NCBI GenBank assembly: GCA_016748015.1
Contig: JAAOMT010000664.1
Location: forward strand, 1,059,518 to 1,123,517
Source: Geosiphon pyriformis uo1
Lineage: Eukaryota > Fungi > Glomeromycota
DNA: 64,000 nt
Reading direction: 5' to 3'
The translations under genes were made by a program, and so were the position numbers. The notes beneath the pieces were generated by a model. That model had not been told where the DNA came from, searched no databases, and saw only the letters and a list, made by a program, of their open reading frames with translations. Of the stretch, positions 39,560 to 53,000 are shown piece by piece. Each line of letters starts with the position of its first letter. The stretch's first letter is position 1.

Positions 39560-39966
39560 CTTTTTCTGTTTTATTTTTTGTGGAGCGGCAACATAGTAAA
39601 ATTTGACTGTCTGGGAATAGACTTCGTAATAGCCTGGTAAAAAAGGGAAGCTTTTCCTAAGTTTTGAATATTAACATTATCTTGTTAGCTTACCAGAAGG
39701 GTGAAAAGACAATGTCAGACCTTAACAATTGTGCTCGTTAGCTCGGAGAAGAAAGCTCACATTTACAAAAAATATTGCAATCAATGAAAGACAAATTCTG
39801 TGCCTTATAACCAAAGAACTCAATGGGTAAAATTCACATTCAGGAATAGACTTTCAGAGACTGATAATCAAGACTAAGCCAACAGAATTACATAGAAGAT
39901 GCATCATTAATAATTGAGAGCACTAAACGTTATCATTTCCCATACCCACCAAGTTTACCTGTAACA
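38852..39966 (+). repeat. Element B 3' LTR (contains a ~46-nt poly-T at ~39514-39559)
   Basis: Matches the 5' LTR; terminal TG mutated to TA. Confidence 0.94.
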
Positions 39967-39970
39967 ATGC

Positions 39971-40765
39971 AATACTCCGAACTATATAACATTCAAAAAG
40001 TTTGCCGAAATTTGTAAGAAATTTGCCGAAATATCTAATAGTTCACAGAAATAACTTGTAGTTTGCTGAAATGTATCTTTAGTTCAGCAAAATTATAGAA
40101 AATAGCAAAGTTCAAGTTTATAGAATAGTGTTATGACAAGTTGTATAAAAGAAGAGCTTCTTTTTTCAAGAAAATATATCTTACTTCAGATTTAATAATT
40201 AGAATTATCCTTTACATACAAAAACAAAATAAATATCAAATAATTCAAAAAATTAAATTCTTAATTATTTCTCTTTTAAAATTAACCAATTCCTACTAAA
40301 CAGTTTTGAAATTGATTAGCTACCAATTTCAATAAACTGTTAGTGATTCCAGGCCTGGATAGAAAAACATTTCCCTTGATAAAATTCTATTTCTTTTACA
40401 TTTCTTTTATTTTATTTTATTTTCTATTATTTTTCTTTTCTTTTCTTATTACAATCATTAGGGTAGTTTACAGACGAGATTCCTGTAAAAAAGTTGACTT
40501 TTACAGCAAAGTAACTACACATTTTTAGTGAACTTCCAGATGAGCAATTCCTGGGAAAAAGTTGACGTTTACTACAACATAACTACATAAAGCAACTGGC
40601 ATGGAATTGGTCATTCCACTCATAAGTCCAGCAAGTTCAAATTATAGGAGATAATTTGAAGATAAATTCAGTTACTGAAGATCCAATTACTTCTTGGAAA
40701 CGTGAATTCACAACAAACAGACATTAACAACATTCAAGAAAAGAGACCAAAAACCTCCGGTAATA
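39971..40765 (+). repeat. Element A 3' LTR, second part
   Basis: Matches 20909-21660 and ends CCTCCGGTAATA. Confidence 0.92.
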
Positions 40766-40789
40766 TTATTTAATATATAATTAATTGTT

Positions 40790-41345
40790 ACTATTGGCTA
40801 AAAATAAATTCAAATATAATTTAATACATAAAAAATTGTAATTTATATCAATAAAAAAGTAAACAAAAATAAATAAACTATTAAAACCAATAAAAATTAG
40901 ACAACTATTTGATAAAATTGAAATTAATTTAGTCAAATTATTACTAATATATTACAGTAGTAATAAACTATTTTACCAAATAATCAAAAATTAAAGTTAT
41001 TAAAACAGTTAATACTATATTAATAACTTATTTTGTACATAAAAACTTAATTTGTTGATATAAATATTCACAAAAACTATTATTAAATCAAAACATATAT
41101 TTTATAAATAACATATTTAAAAAACTTAGCCAAAAATTTTGGAATTAAATAATAATAATTATTATTATATTATTTATAAACAAATAAATTTAAGTAAATT
41201 AATTATATACTATATAAAATATTAATCAAAATTAGCAAAAAAATTACAAAATAATATTAATTATTTAATTATAATATAGCACAATAATAATTTTAAAAAA
41301 ATAATAATTAACATAATAGCAAATATTAATTAATAATAACAGCAA
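40790..41345 (+). mobile_element. Hyper-eroded Ty3 integrase ghost
   Basis: KIRQLFDKIEINLVKLL and INYFTK*SKIKVIKTVN are AT-eroded forms of KVGQPFDRIGIDLVGPL and VDYLTKWPEARAIQ. Confidence 0.6.
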
Positions 41346-41501
41346 ACACCAAATTTTTATTTTTTTATTTTTTTATTAATTCAATTAATGAATGAAGCCC
41401 AACTACTATCTAGTACATAGGACCAAACTAAGTGACCCAAACTAAGCATGACTCATGCACTTTCTACATGTGGCTAGCCACTTAGGCCAGTCAAGGCAAT
41501 A

Positions 41502-44500
41502 CTATACACTTATATTAACCCAAATATTACTATCTAGACCAGAAAAGAAACAGCACAGCTTACAATAACCAAAGTTGACAGCAAATGACTCATCCAGGCC
41601 AAGTAATTTAACCATACTGTCTGACAGTAAAGAAGACACAGCATGGAACAAACCAGAAACCACATCATTATTATGTACCAAACCAGCTCTTTTTATGATG
41701 ACCCTATGCACAAACCTTACTGACCAAGCCCTTATACAATACAACTCCACAATAAATCTTACAAACCCAACCATCTGAACATCTGCTTCCACTCTATCCT
41801 CAAAAGTTCTATATGCCTCCTTACACCAGTCACGTAAGACAAACTCCTTGCACACCACAGTATATAATCCCACATCTGAAAAACATTGTAACAACACCTG
41901 CAAAATGGCAGAAGACAGCAAAAGACAAATACCAACTAGAGTGAACCAATGCACTGACGCCTCTACCAGAATATTATTACAAACACTAGTGTCATCAACA
42001 CAAATAAAAACGTGATCTGAAAGTTCCATCTCTCTACATAACAAGCACAACATGCCAGAATACCTCCTATCATACAATCTCTTTCAAACAGCCACTGGCA
42101 GCTGCCTATGCACCACCTTCATGATGTATGTACACAGATTGGAAGATTTGAGACTAGTAAAACCAGCAAGCATATGGGAATCAGAATGCCATATTTTTGC
42201 AGTAGCAACCCAGTCTATACTTTTTATCAAATCCTTAGAAACTACATCAAAACCAAGACCAGCCTTCCAATGAGTATGGCAAATAGACTGAAACATATCT
42301 TTAACAAAATGGTAGGCATTACCTGATACAGCAGTGTTCTCAGCAACCAAAAACCACTCCCATATCCTGGCAGTTAACCTAAAAAAAGAATGTGCAGTTT
42401 CACCAGCTGCCAAATCAGCCTTAACATTACCACATATTCCAGAATGGCTCTTGACCTTGATCCAACTCACACTAAGATCCTTCTCCTTGACCAAATTAAA
42501 GATATGTCACTTTTTAATCCAGCATCAGTTATGGAAATCAGGCGCAGCAGAGAATAACTCAGAAACACAAGCATCAATAGCAGCTTGGCTGTCAAAATGC
42601 AAAATCATGGTACTTGAAAATAGAACACACTCCAAGAACAATGCAACAATCTGCAATTTGGTCATAGTAGAAGACAACAGACCAACAATAGAAATACCAA
42701 CACCATGACCCAAAGCAGGAAAATAGACAGCAGCCCCACCAGCAACTTTAACAGAACCAGCATCTTTCAAAGACCTATCCATATATATCTCAAACAAACC
42801 AGACCAAATTTTATGTAAATCATCTTTTATACCAAAAAACCCACTAGATTCCAAAATGTCCACAAAGCCAAAATGAACAGACTTAGCAAAATTCGGCAAA
42901 GATGGCACCGGGTTCAGCAAAAATTTTGAAGTAACCACAAACCAATAAAGAACAGAACCACAAGAATCCAACCTCTTTCAATAACAAAAAGTTTTCCAAT
43001 CCAACACGCCACCCTTTTTGTCAAATAGTCTATCTCCAAAAGCAACACCAAAGTGCTTCAAAAAACAAACAGAATTAAAGTACAGAGACTTTCCAAGAAT
43101 TGAAGACAAAAGAAGCTGACCAAAGCCATGAAAGATGCTCGGAAAATTGTTTATTAAAGAAAGCTCATTGTCCAACAAAATCCTAACCAACCCAGCCAAA
43201 AAATTGTTCACTGGGCTAATGTGCAACTTGACTGGAAACTGCAAAAGATTCAAAGGAGTCCACTTCAGAATCTGTAAATCCAAGAACCTATGATTGAACA
43301 AATGCCCAAGAACACTAGAAGCATTGGAAAAGGAAACCAACACTGCGACCTTTGTCTCAGACTGAATCTGTTCAAATGTTTTCAAACCATATAAAGAGGA
43401 ACAATGTAATGCTGCATCAGAAAAATCCTGTAACAACTGAGCTTTTATTTTAAGACCCTTTTGAATCATAACATTCCATTTGCGATAAACACCAGGTGAG
43501 ACAAAGCTGAACTGAATCCTGTAATTCACAATAGGCTGCAAGACAGCCAACACCAAATAAGAAAATTGTTTGTCTGTGACAGCTTTACAAAGCACAACAT
43601 TAACAAAGAATCTAATATCAGAATAAGCTTTGGCAACACTCAGCTTAGACAGACTCTCAGTGGACAAAAAGATATCCAGATACTGATGAGCCTTACCCCT
43701 TTTGGCAATAGAAATTGGCTGACTGCAGATAGACAAAAAAGCAACCCTAATACCCTGATTAATTGGAATGGCCACTGTCTTATTACTGTTGATAGAAATG
43801 TCATTGATCTCAAAAAATTCACTGGCAATGTTCAGGGCAAACTGAGTAGAGAATTGGCAGTTCTCAATCCAGATAGTATTATCAACAAATACTCTTGCAG
43901 CAAAATAGGATGTCAGACCACCACAATTCTTGATTCTGCCAGTTTTCAAAACAAACTTAGTGTCAATATAGTAACCACACAATTGTTCATGTCACTTAAC
44001 CTCGCACAGTAGTGGATTGTAGAAGATCCTCCAGAAAAAAAGCAAAAAGACTTTACCCTAATCCAATCTATCATGCACCTTGTAATCTTTAGTCAAGCCA
44101 AAATCAGTCATTACATGATTAATTCTATCCCCATGTATACTACCAAAAAATCTGATGAATTTATCACACATTTTGATTCATTGCAAGCTAGTCCTTAAGT
44201 GATACCACCCAACAGAATCATAAGCCTTCCTCATATCTTGTAGAACCAGCCATATTTCCCTATTTTTTTCAATTGTATCTTCAATCACTAACCCAACAGC
44301 AAACATCAGAGACTGTGTGGAAGTGCCTTCAGAACCAAAAAGTTGTTCCCATGGAGAACTCCAAATTTGCTATATGCTAGTGAAATATGATTGGACAAGA
44401 TCTTAGAAAGAATTTTCCGAGCAGTTTTGATCAAGGCAATAGGCCAAGTATTTGTAAGGACTCCATTCCAGTCATAAGGTTTTGGAATTATTAAAACTCA

Positions 44501-46192
44501 TGCCTTTTTTCACAAAGTAGGCACCCCACCAACAACTAAACATGCATTCAACAGCTTCAAAAGACAACTCAACATCTCATTGCTGCTATGCTTCTACAGC
44601 TCATTAGGAATGCCAGACAAGCCAGCAGCTTTGCCTTTAGGCAGATTTTTAACAACAAGCAGCAGCTCATTCAAGCCAATTTCATGTATCACTCCAGAAA
44701 AAGTATTATTCTGCACATAATCCAAAGGTGCATATTGGCAGGTCCAGAGAGCAGGCATCACCACAGGCACTACTTGCTTTCTCATCCAATTCTCCATAAT
44801 ACTATTAATGCTGACTTTTACCTCCTTAGGCTCCAAAACCAGACCATCATCCACAACCAAATGATCCAGAACCACCTTGTGAAAGGGACAGTCCAAAACA
44901 CTCCTAATCATGCCATCTTTATCTGAACAAAACTTGTCCATACATCTAGCAATAGCCTTTTTAATAGAAGCTTTCTCACCCAACTATGACTCATACAGCT
45001 TGGATTTTCGATATCTTTTTTTGACCAGAAACAAATGTTTAAAAATAATGGAAGTCTTCTTACCATTCCGAATTAGAGCTAACACAACGGAAGCCTCATC
45101 AGCATCTAAAACTGACTATTTCTTCAATAGATGACTAAGACCAGAGATGTCACTTGAGCTCAACAATCTGACAATTTTTGCAACCAACATCTCCAGTCCA
45201 AAAAACTTAGAAAACTGCTTATTTCTAAAACACTGAAATTTGCTGAACCAATGCCAAGAAAACACCTTGTCAGCTGATACCACCATTATTTTCTCTAACA
45301 ATGACCACATCAGATCCAAATTCAAAAGAATACCAGCATTCAAGAATTTCTCCCTTATTCCCAAAAGCTCAGTGGAAGAGCAATTCCTAAAACGAGACCA
45401 CTTTGCACAATCAGCATTTTTAATTCTGAACTTCCAATGATCCCTATTGGCCTGCTTGCATAAATTATTCAAACACACATCTAACAGCCTACCTAAACCA
45501 ATAGACACAACAACAGCTTTATGGTCAGTATCAAAAAAATCAGAGACAGAATTAACACCATGACCAGCAACAGCAGAAGACAGACTTGTATTAATAAAAA
45601 TGTAATCAATAGTCTTTTCAACTCCCCTTGAGTTGCCCCAAGTTGGAGCCTTAACCAAAGAATTGTCAGCAAATGAATTAACCAGACCCAAATCTAAACA
45701 GAACTTGAAACTTGTACTCTTTCCAGACCCATTTTCATTAAAGTTACCACCCAAGACAACAAAAGTGCTGGAATTGACAGTCTTAACAATGAGAGAGTTA
45801 ACTACAGAAGCCTGACCAAACCTGACCCTAGAAGAGACACCTGTATACAATCCCAGAAAAGTGACTGAAAGTTTGCCTTTAAACAAGAGCCGAATAGAAA
45901 TAACCCAACCAGAAATCTCTTTCACTCTAGAAACATGACAAGTCAAAGAACTGTCCATAATAATAGCCATTTCAGCACCAAAAAACCCCTTATCCAAACC
46001 TGACATAAAAACACAAACACCATCGAACCTATTAGCAATCCAAGGTTTAATGCTAGAATGCAACTTGGTTTCTGTAACAAAAGACACCATATTGCTTGAC
46101 TCTTTATGTCAATAGATAACATCTTCTTATTTAGCAGGAACAGTCAGATCATGAACATTACATGTAGCAAATTTCCAAACTAGACTGCTCAT
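41502..46192 (-). pseudogene. LINE-B ORF2: AP endonuclease, reverse transcriptase, RNase H, C-terminal zinc finger
   Basis: ATCNV, VTETKL, LGGNFN, IDYIF and DTDH (APE); FVDNT (RT, decayed FVDD); YMDRSL...HFDSQAA...KVKSHSG...NVKAD (RNase H); CLLC...DHVFIC. Confidence 0.9.
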
Positions 46193-48153
46193 TGGAAAAG
46201 GTTAAGGGACAAAAAACCAGCACCAGAACACGAAGAATCTAATCTTGCTAAAATTGTACCAATAAAGGCTTCTAAAACCAACAGTTTAGATTCTAAACCG
46301 TCTATCTTGATAGTTAAAATCTTAGAAATGCTAGAGCCAAAACTAGCATCCAAAACATTCACATTTGAAGGAAGGAGATCAGAAGATGCTAACACATGAT
46401 CCACAAGCATATCTAAGTTTGAAACTAACACCTCAGGCACAGAAACAGCCAATGGGGAACCACAAAAAAGAGGCACCAATGGCACCAAATCAACACCATT
46501 CAATTTCTTTAAAATATCTGAAATCTGATCAGCCAAAAGCTCCAAGAAGCATTCTAAAACTGCCAAACAATCATTTAAACCAAAAACATCTGAAGAAGAA
46601 GACACCAATAACAATAGTTTTCCACCAGAAGACATATTAGCACTAGAAAAGACTAAAGAAACCATGCGGGAAAGAGATCCACCAGCTATTTGAACCCAAG
46701 TTTTGCCACCAAAAAATACTGGACGGGCAATAGGAGCCTGTTTTTTCTTATAAATTCCAGCCAAGCAAACTCGATCTTGATCAGATACCATCCGCTTTCC
46801 ACAAACTCCAGAATTTTCACCAATTGAACACACATCAGAAACATGACCAAACTGTTTATATCTGGTGCAATGAGCCAAAAAAAGACCAGCTCATTGCAGA
46901 TTCATACCCTTAAAAACTGGAACAGAATCAATGGCAGCCAACTTGGATGCTTCATCAGCAAAACAAACCACAGCACATTTGTTATGTACATAGGAATTGG
47001 GATTACGGCCAATGAAACAGGTTTTTCTACCATATGAATCCAATAAGCCAGACAAATCATGAACAGTGATACCAACTGGCAGAGTATAGAGCAAAGTCCT
47101 ATGCTGATCCCTGAACACCCAAGATTGTTTATCCTCAATTGCCAAGGCTACTTGCATAGAATCCTTTCCCATGAGAACAGAACACATAAAAGCAACTGAA
47201 CTAGCTACTTCAGATAATTCAAATTCCACTAAGGCTTTTTGCCACAAACCAATCAGCTGTATTTTGATAGACACTATCTTACCAAATTTGGAAAAAACAG
47301 ATTCCACAGCTGATTTGGGAAAATCAACTGGAATTTTTTTGACAATTATTTCTCGATCTGAGTGAATGTTTACTTTTCTTAGATTATTATTAACAAGAAT
47401 TTTCTTACAGATTGCCAATTCCTTTGCCTTATTTAAACTAAATTCAGATGTGAAAGATGACTCAATGATTCTAGAAAATTTTGAAGGAGTGGAAGCCTCC
47501 CCAAAACCATCAACACGATAGAAAATTTTTTTGATTGCAAATAACTTATCACTATTAGTTTTTCCAGGCACAACAGATAGCTTAATATCCAACACAAAAG
47601 ATTTGAGTGGCTCAAAATTACACCTATTCAGAACATGTGACTCATCATTTGGCAAATACTCAACACCAGAAAATTTAGAAACCAGAAGTATTAATACATT
47701 ATCATTGTCATCACTCAAATTATCAAAAAAAAGAATCTTTGGCTGGCTGTTTAAAACATATGTTCTGGTACAAATTTTTCTTGGTGTGGTGTCATCTATA
47801 GTATCATCAATCTCCAAGACATTAGAATCTGCATAACTGGTCTCTTCCACAACTGTATTCTTCATGTTTTCCAGGTCCAATATACCATTAATGCTGCTTG
47901 TCTTACTGTTTATTTTGCTGTCTCAGGACTTCACAGGTTTGTTGCTGTCAGTAATCATATCTGGAAAAACCAAAAAGCCAGCTGAAGTCTCGACCATATT
48001 GCCAACAATGGTGGGTTTCTTGGGTTTTTTGTAAAAGGCACTACACAAATAAGTATTCACTAACCATTTGGTTTTGACACCAAACTGGGTCCCCAACCCA
48101 GCCGAAAAAGACACCAAACTACCAGCAGAAGAGCTGATTGGATCCATACTCAT
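46189..48153 (-). pseudogene. LINE-B ORF1 (RRM-like region plus CCHC knuckle)
   Basis: Three collinear in-frame ORFs; IVKKIPVD...VFSKFGKIVSIKI (RRM-like) and CTRYKQFGHVSDVC (decayed CCHC). Confidence 0.82.
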
Positions 48154-48906
48154 GAACAAAAGTATGTTGGAAGAAATAACTGCAAAAATAAAGGGAAAAG
48201 AGAGTAAAGAAAATTTATCTCTCTAGTATATTCTATCTTTCATTGTGACTAGAGAATCAACAAAAGAAAGAGTTTTTTATAAATACACCAAATTGAAATA
48301 TTAAAAAAAGAGTATTACAATGTATTTTTTTATAAAACTACAAATATATATATATATAGTAGTTTTAATATTATAAAAAACAACAATTTATTTAACAATT
48401 TAATTTTACCAGATTTTAATTTTTTACTTTAATTATTTTTTATCCTTTATTTTTAATTTTTAAATTAAAAAAAAATTAAAAATAATATTAAAAGCTGAAT
48501 TATTACAATTAAAAATATTAAGAAACTTATTAGTATTATTTACTAAAAAAAACTATTATTTATTAAATAAATTTTTTTAAAAAATAATTCTTAATTAAAA
48601 TTATTTATGTTGTTATTAATTGATAAAAACTTTATTATAAAAATTAAAAAAAACACTAAAGACTATTAATATTTTGTGTTTTTAAATTAAAAAAATATAT
48701 TAAGCAATTGCAAAAATAGTCTTAGAAAAAACTAAAACAGTGGATAAATTTTAGTTCAATTTTTAAGAAAAAATACATAAATATATATAACAATCAAAAA
48801 TTAAAAAATAATTTATATTATTATGGTTAAAATCTATACTTTTTATTAGTTATCACATATATTAGTCACTAATATCATATAATTAGCCACCCTATTTTTA
48901 GATAGT

Positions 48907-49037
48907 GATCATTGATCTAATCAATAACTTAACTATTGACTTGATTATTGACTTGATTATTAACTTAATTAATGATCTGATTATTGACCTGATTATTAAC
49001 TTAATTATTAATCTAGTCATTGATCTGATTATTAACT
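48907..49037. repeat. 12-bp tandem repeat (~11 units, consensus ~GATTATTGACTT) in the putative D LTR
   Basis: Direct inspection of unit periodicity. Confidence 0.85.
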
Positions 49038-49039
49038 AC

Positions 49040-50040
49040 TGTTATGGATAAACTTGGTGGAATAGAAAAATGATAATATTTGGTGTTTTCAATTATTAGC
49101 AATGTATCTTTCACATAATTCCATTTGCTTAGTCTTAATTACCAGTCTCTAAAGGTTTTATTTACTGATTGTAATTTTACCTATTGAGTTTTTTGGTTAT
49201 AAGACACAGAAGTTTGGTTTTCACTAATTGCAACTTCTTATAAATGTGAGCTATCTTTTCCAAACTAATGAGTACAGTTGTTAGGGTTTGACATTGTCTT
49301 TTTATCTTTTTGGTAAGCTACCAAGATAATGTTAATATCCAAAACTTAGAAGGAGCTTCTCTTTTTTATCAGGCTATTACAAAGTCTATTCCCAAATAAT
49401 TGATTTTACTATGTTGCCACTCCACAAAAGAATAAAAAAAAAAAAAATTAGTATCATCAATTACCATGATCAAGAATGATTGGTTCAAAGCATTTAATGG
49501 TTTAAGGTAGTTATGCTAAAAGATCTGTTCTGGAATAAAGGTACAAAACAAAGATTAATTCACATAAAGTCCATAAAGTTTAAGAACATGAATTTGTGAT
49601 TCTAATTTCTTAATAATTAATTTATTTTAGAAGATGAAGATGAAATAGAATAAATAATGAAAGAGGTAAGAATATTTGATTCTTGTTTAGTGGTTTGTAT
49701 CTAGATATCTGTTTTTTTTTACTTTTCATAACTACTTGTTTTTATATATTTTTTTGGTTTTATAGAATTGCTTTTTGACTGTTTCATTATTGCTAACTAT
49801 TGCTTTACTATTTCTGTAATTGTTTTGTTCTTCTATATTATTACTAGTTATCCTATATTATAATATATTATCTGGTGTTATTATATGTTATTTTGTGTTA
49901 TCCCATGTTATAATACGTTATTCTGCATTATCCTAAGTTATAATGTGTTATCCAACATTATTGCATACTATTCTGTATTATGTCATATTTTAGTCATGTT
50001 TTTTCATAACTTTGGATTAGTTTTTTCTATTCAGGTAATA
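49040..50040 (-). repeat. Element C 3' LTR
   Basis: Reverse complement of the B-family LTR; PPT adjacent at ~50041-50056. Confidence 0.92.
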
Positions 50041-53000
50041 TTATTCTTTTCTTTTTAAAATTGAGCTTCTGTGAAATTGTATGTATCTGTTATTATGGCT
50101 TTGTTTGTGTAGTGTTTAATGGTTGGTTCCAGATCTCATGATATATCTTCTGGTTTGATTAATGAAATTTGTGTTTTTAGTTGAGGTACTAATAATGATG
50201 ATTTTTGTTTTACATAATAAATTTTTAATTAATTTTTTTGCACTACTTTTTTTTAAAATTCTGTTTTTCAATTGTAATTTGTAAGCTCTATTGCCTAAAA
50301 CTTTGTGTATGTAGAATAAACTGTTTCACTTTGGGTCAAACTTTCTACTCTACTGTTTCTTAGCTTTTATATAATATAACAGTACTTGGTCTCCAATCTT
50401 GAATTCTATTGGTTGTTTAGATAGGCATTTATTATGTCTTTTTTTTGTTGTTTCTAAGCATTACTAAAGTTGTCAGCTGTTGTTCTATGATTATTTTCTA
50501 ATATTTTTATGACCTGGTATGTCTTATGGTGTAAAGTCACTTCGAAATTCTCTTTGGTAATAACTTCTGTTGGATATAACTGTATTTTTCTTTTAATAGA
50601 TAAAATAGTTTTTTTTCATAGACTAATTTGAATGGTGTGAACTGAGTTGTGTTTTGTTTTAGTGTTCAATATATAAAGAGTACAGAAGGTATGAATAAGT
50701 TTCATTCTTGTTCATTTTCATAACTTATTTTTGTTAATGCTTTACATAGTATTTGGTTAAATTGTTCTACCAATCCGTTCATTTATGAGTGATATGATAA
50801 CAATAAAAGCTGTTTTATTCTAAACTGTTGACTTAATTCAGTTAACATATTATTAACAAAATACATTCCTTGATCAGATAACAGTTTTTTTAGGCATCTA
50901 TATCTGCAAATCAGATTTTGGTGTACAAACTCAGCTATTGTTTTAGTGTCTGCTACTTAGATGACTCTGACTTCTGGCTATTTTGTTAAGTAGTTTATGT
51001 ACAGTAATATAATAATTCCCTTTAAATGTTATGAAGAAAAAACCAACCAAATTAATTCTAATTCTATCAAATAAATTTCCAACTGGAATGGGTTGAAGTG
51101 GTTCTGTTGTTTAGGCTCTTTTTCTTTGCTAGTATAAGTTACAATTGAGCAGGTATTTAAAAATATCTTTGTATATTATTGGCTAATAATATAAATTTAG
51201 GGGTTTTTTAAGAGTAACATCTTTGTTAAAGTGTTCTGTAGTTGAATCAGAATGCATACTATATAATATAGTTTTCTTTTCATTGTTTTTGATAACTTAT
51301 TGTGAGGTAAAACAGTTTTAGCATTCTTGTTACTATAGTCAGTTGTCTTAAATAAAATAATTCTGGGCTTGTTTTTATATAGTACTCCGTTTCTGTTAAG
51401 ATAATATCTCCTTAAAACATAGTATTGATAGGTACTAATATAGTCAATAATAATTGGTTGTATCTATAGATCTGGAATTAGGTTTGTGGCATTCTCAACA
51501 AACTGTTAGCATTGGTGTTTTTGGATCCTTTTTTGTAATAAACTTTAAGTCAGAATTGTTGCAAATAAGTACTCCATTTTGCATATTTTCTCTCTAGTTG
51601 TGAATTGTTGAGTAACCAAACAAGTCTTTTATGATTAATATATAGGTCAAAGGGCAAACTGAAATAGTGTCTCTATGTTTGTATAGCCCAATAAATAGCA
51701 AGACATTCCAAATCTATTGTGCTGTAATTCCTTTCTGCTAAACTAGTGCTATAACTAGTATAGGCAATTAAATGTTTTCTATTGTCTGATCTTATTTGTG
51801 ATAAGACTGTTTCTAGAGCATTTTTCAAGGTATCTGTAATGACAATAAACTATTTAGTAAAATCTGGATAAATCAGAATTGAAGATGTGATTAATCACTG
51901 CTTGAAATAATTAAATGCTTTTTGTTGGGCTTTTTTTCATAAGTACAGTACATGTTTGAACAACAATTAGTGAAGTAGTTTTGTAATAGTCAAGAATTCT
52001 TTGACAAATCATTGATAGTATTCTGCCAATTCTAAAAATCTTTGTAATTTTCTGAGGTTAATTGGAGCTGAAAAATTTTTGACTTTTTGGATCTTATCTG
52101 GATTGGGTTTGACTTCGTTTTTTCTAATTATGTATCTTAGAAATTTCAACTTGGTCTTTTTAAAAAAGCATTTATTGAGATTGAGTTTTAATCTGGCACT
52201 ATGAAAGCATTTGAAAATTTGCTGAAGATGAAGCAAGTAATTGTCAAATGTTTCCGAAAAGACATTAGTGTTGTCTAAGTATACTATAACTGATTTCCAC
52301 AAGATTTCTTTATACACAACATCTATAAGATGCTGAAAGATAGTAGAAGTATTGTAGAATCCAAAAGACATCATATTGAACTCAAAGTTTTTGTCTTGTA
52401 TGACAAATACTGTTTTTTTTTGTCTTTGAGGTCTATTTCAATCTGTTAATATCCACTGACTAAATCTAATAACAAAAACCATTTTTTGTTTTCTAAGTTG
52501 TCTAGAATTTTTGAATAAGAGATGTGAGGTAACTATCTCTTCAAGTAATACTGTTTAGTTTCTAGTAGTCTACACAGAATCTTATTTTTCTATTTTTCTT
52601 GGTGATTAAGACCACTGGAGAGAACCAAAAGCTCAATGATTCTTTAATCAAACTATTGTCAAGCATTTGTTGGACTTCTTACTTAATTAGATTATTACCA
52701 GATGGGGGCACTTAATAGGCTTATTGTTTAATAGATTGTGTATCTCCTGTATTAATCTGATGTTTTACAATGTCAGTGCATCTGAACTCATTTTTGCTGG
52801 CAAAAACATTGACATATTGATTCAAGAAAATCTTAAGTTGTATTTGTTGAAGAGTATTCAGGTTTCTCAAGTGTAATTTGTTAATTTTTTTGGCATAAAC
52901 AAATAACTTTCTTTTGGCAAGTTCCATACTTGTAAGATAATATCACAAAATAAGAATAGCTGTGTAAAATTTGGAATAGGTTGGGGTTTTTTGGGGTGTT

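Larger units (their letters stand above)
29781..39966 (+). mobile_element. Ty3/Gypsy LTR retrotransposon B (least eroded copy), 4-bp TSD ATGC
   Basis: LTRs at 29781-30868 and 38852-39966; ATGC at 29777-29780 and 39967-39970; PBS TGGTGCTCCCTGTGAGG at 30871; PPT AAAAAGAGAGGGA at ~38836-38848. Confidence 0.95.
20720..40765 (+). mobile_element. Ty3/Gypsy LTR retrotransposon A (degenerate), 3' LTR interrupted by element B
   Basis: Paired LTRs TGTTACC...GGTAA(C/T)A, PBS-like TTTG(A)TGCTCTC at 21661, PPT GAGGAGAAGG at ~29579-29588, and domain order gag-PR-dUTPase-RT-RH-IN. Confidence 0.93.
41354..48284 (-). mobile_element. LINE-B: near full-length non-LTR retrotransposon (ORF1 plus APE-RT-RNase H ORF2); candidate TSD ACACCAAA(TT)
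   Basis: Poly-A-like tail at ~41354-41377. ACACCAAATT occurs at 41346-41355 and 48285-48294. Confidence 0.9.

Noticed and set aside
41575-47836. Plus-strand ORFs over LINE-B and minus-strand ORFs over elements A and B
   Set aside because: Antisense shadows of retroelement coding sequence.
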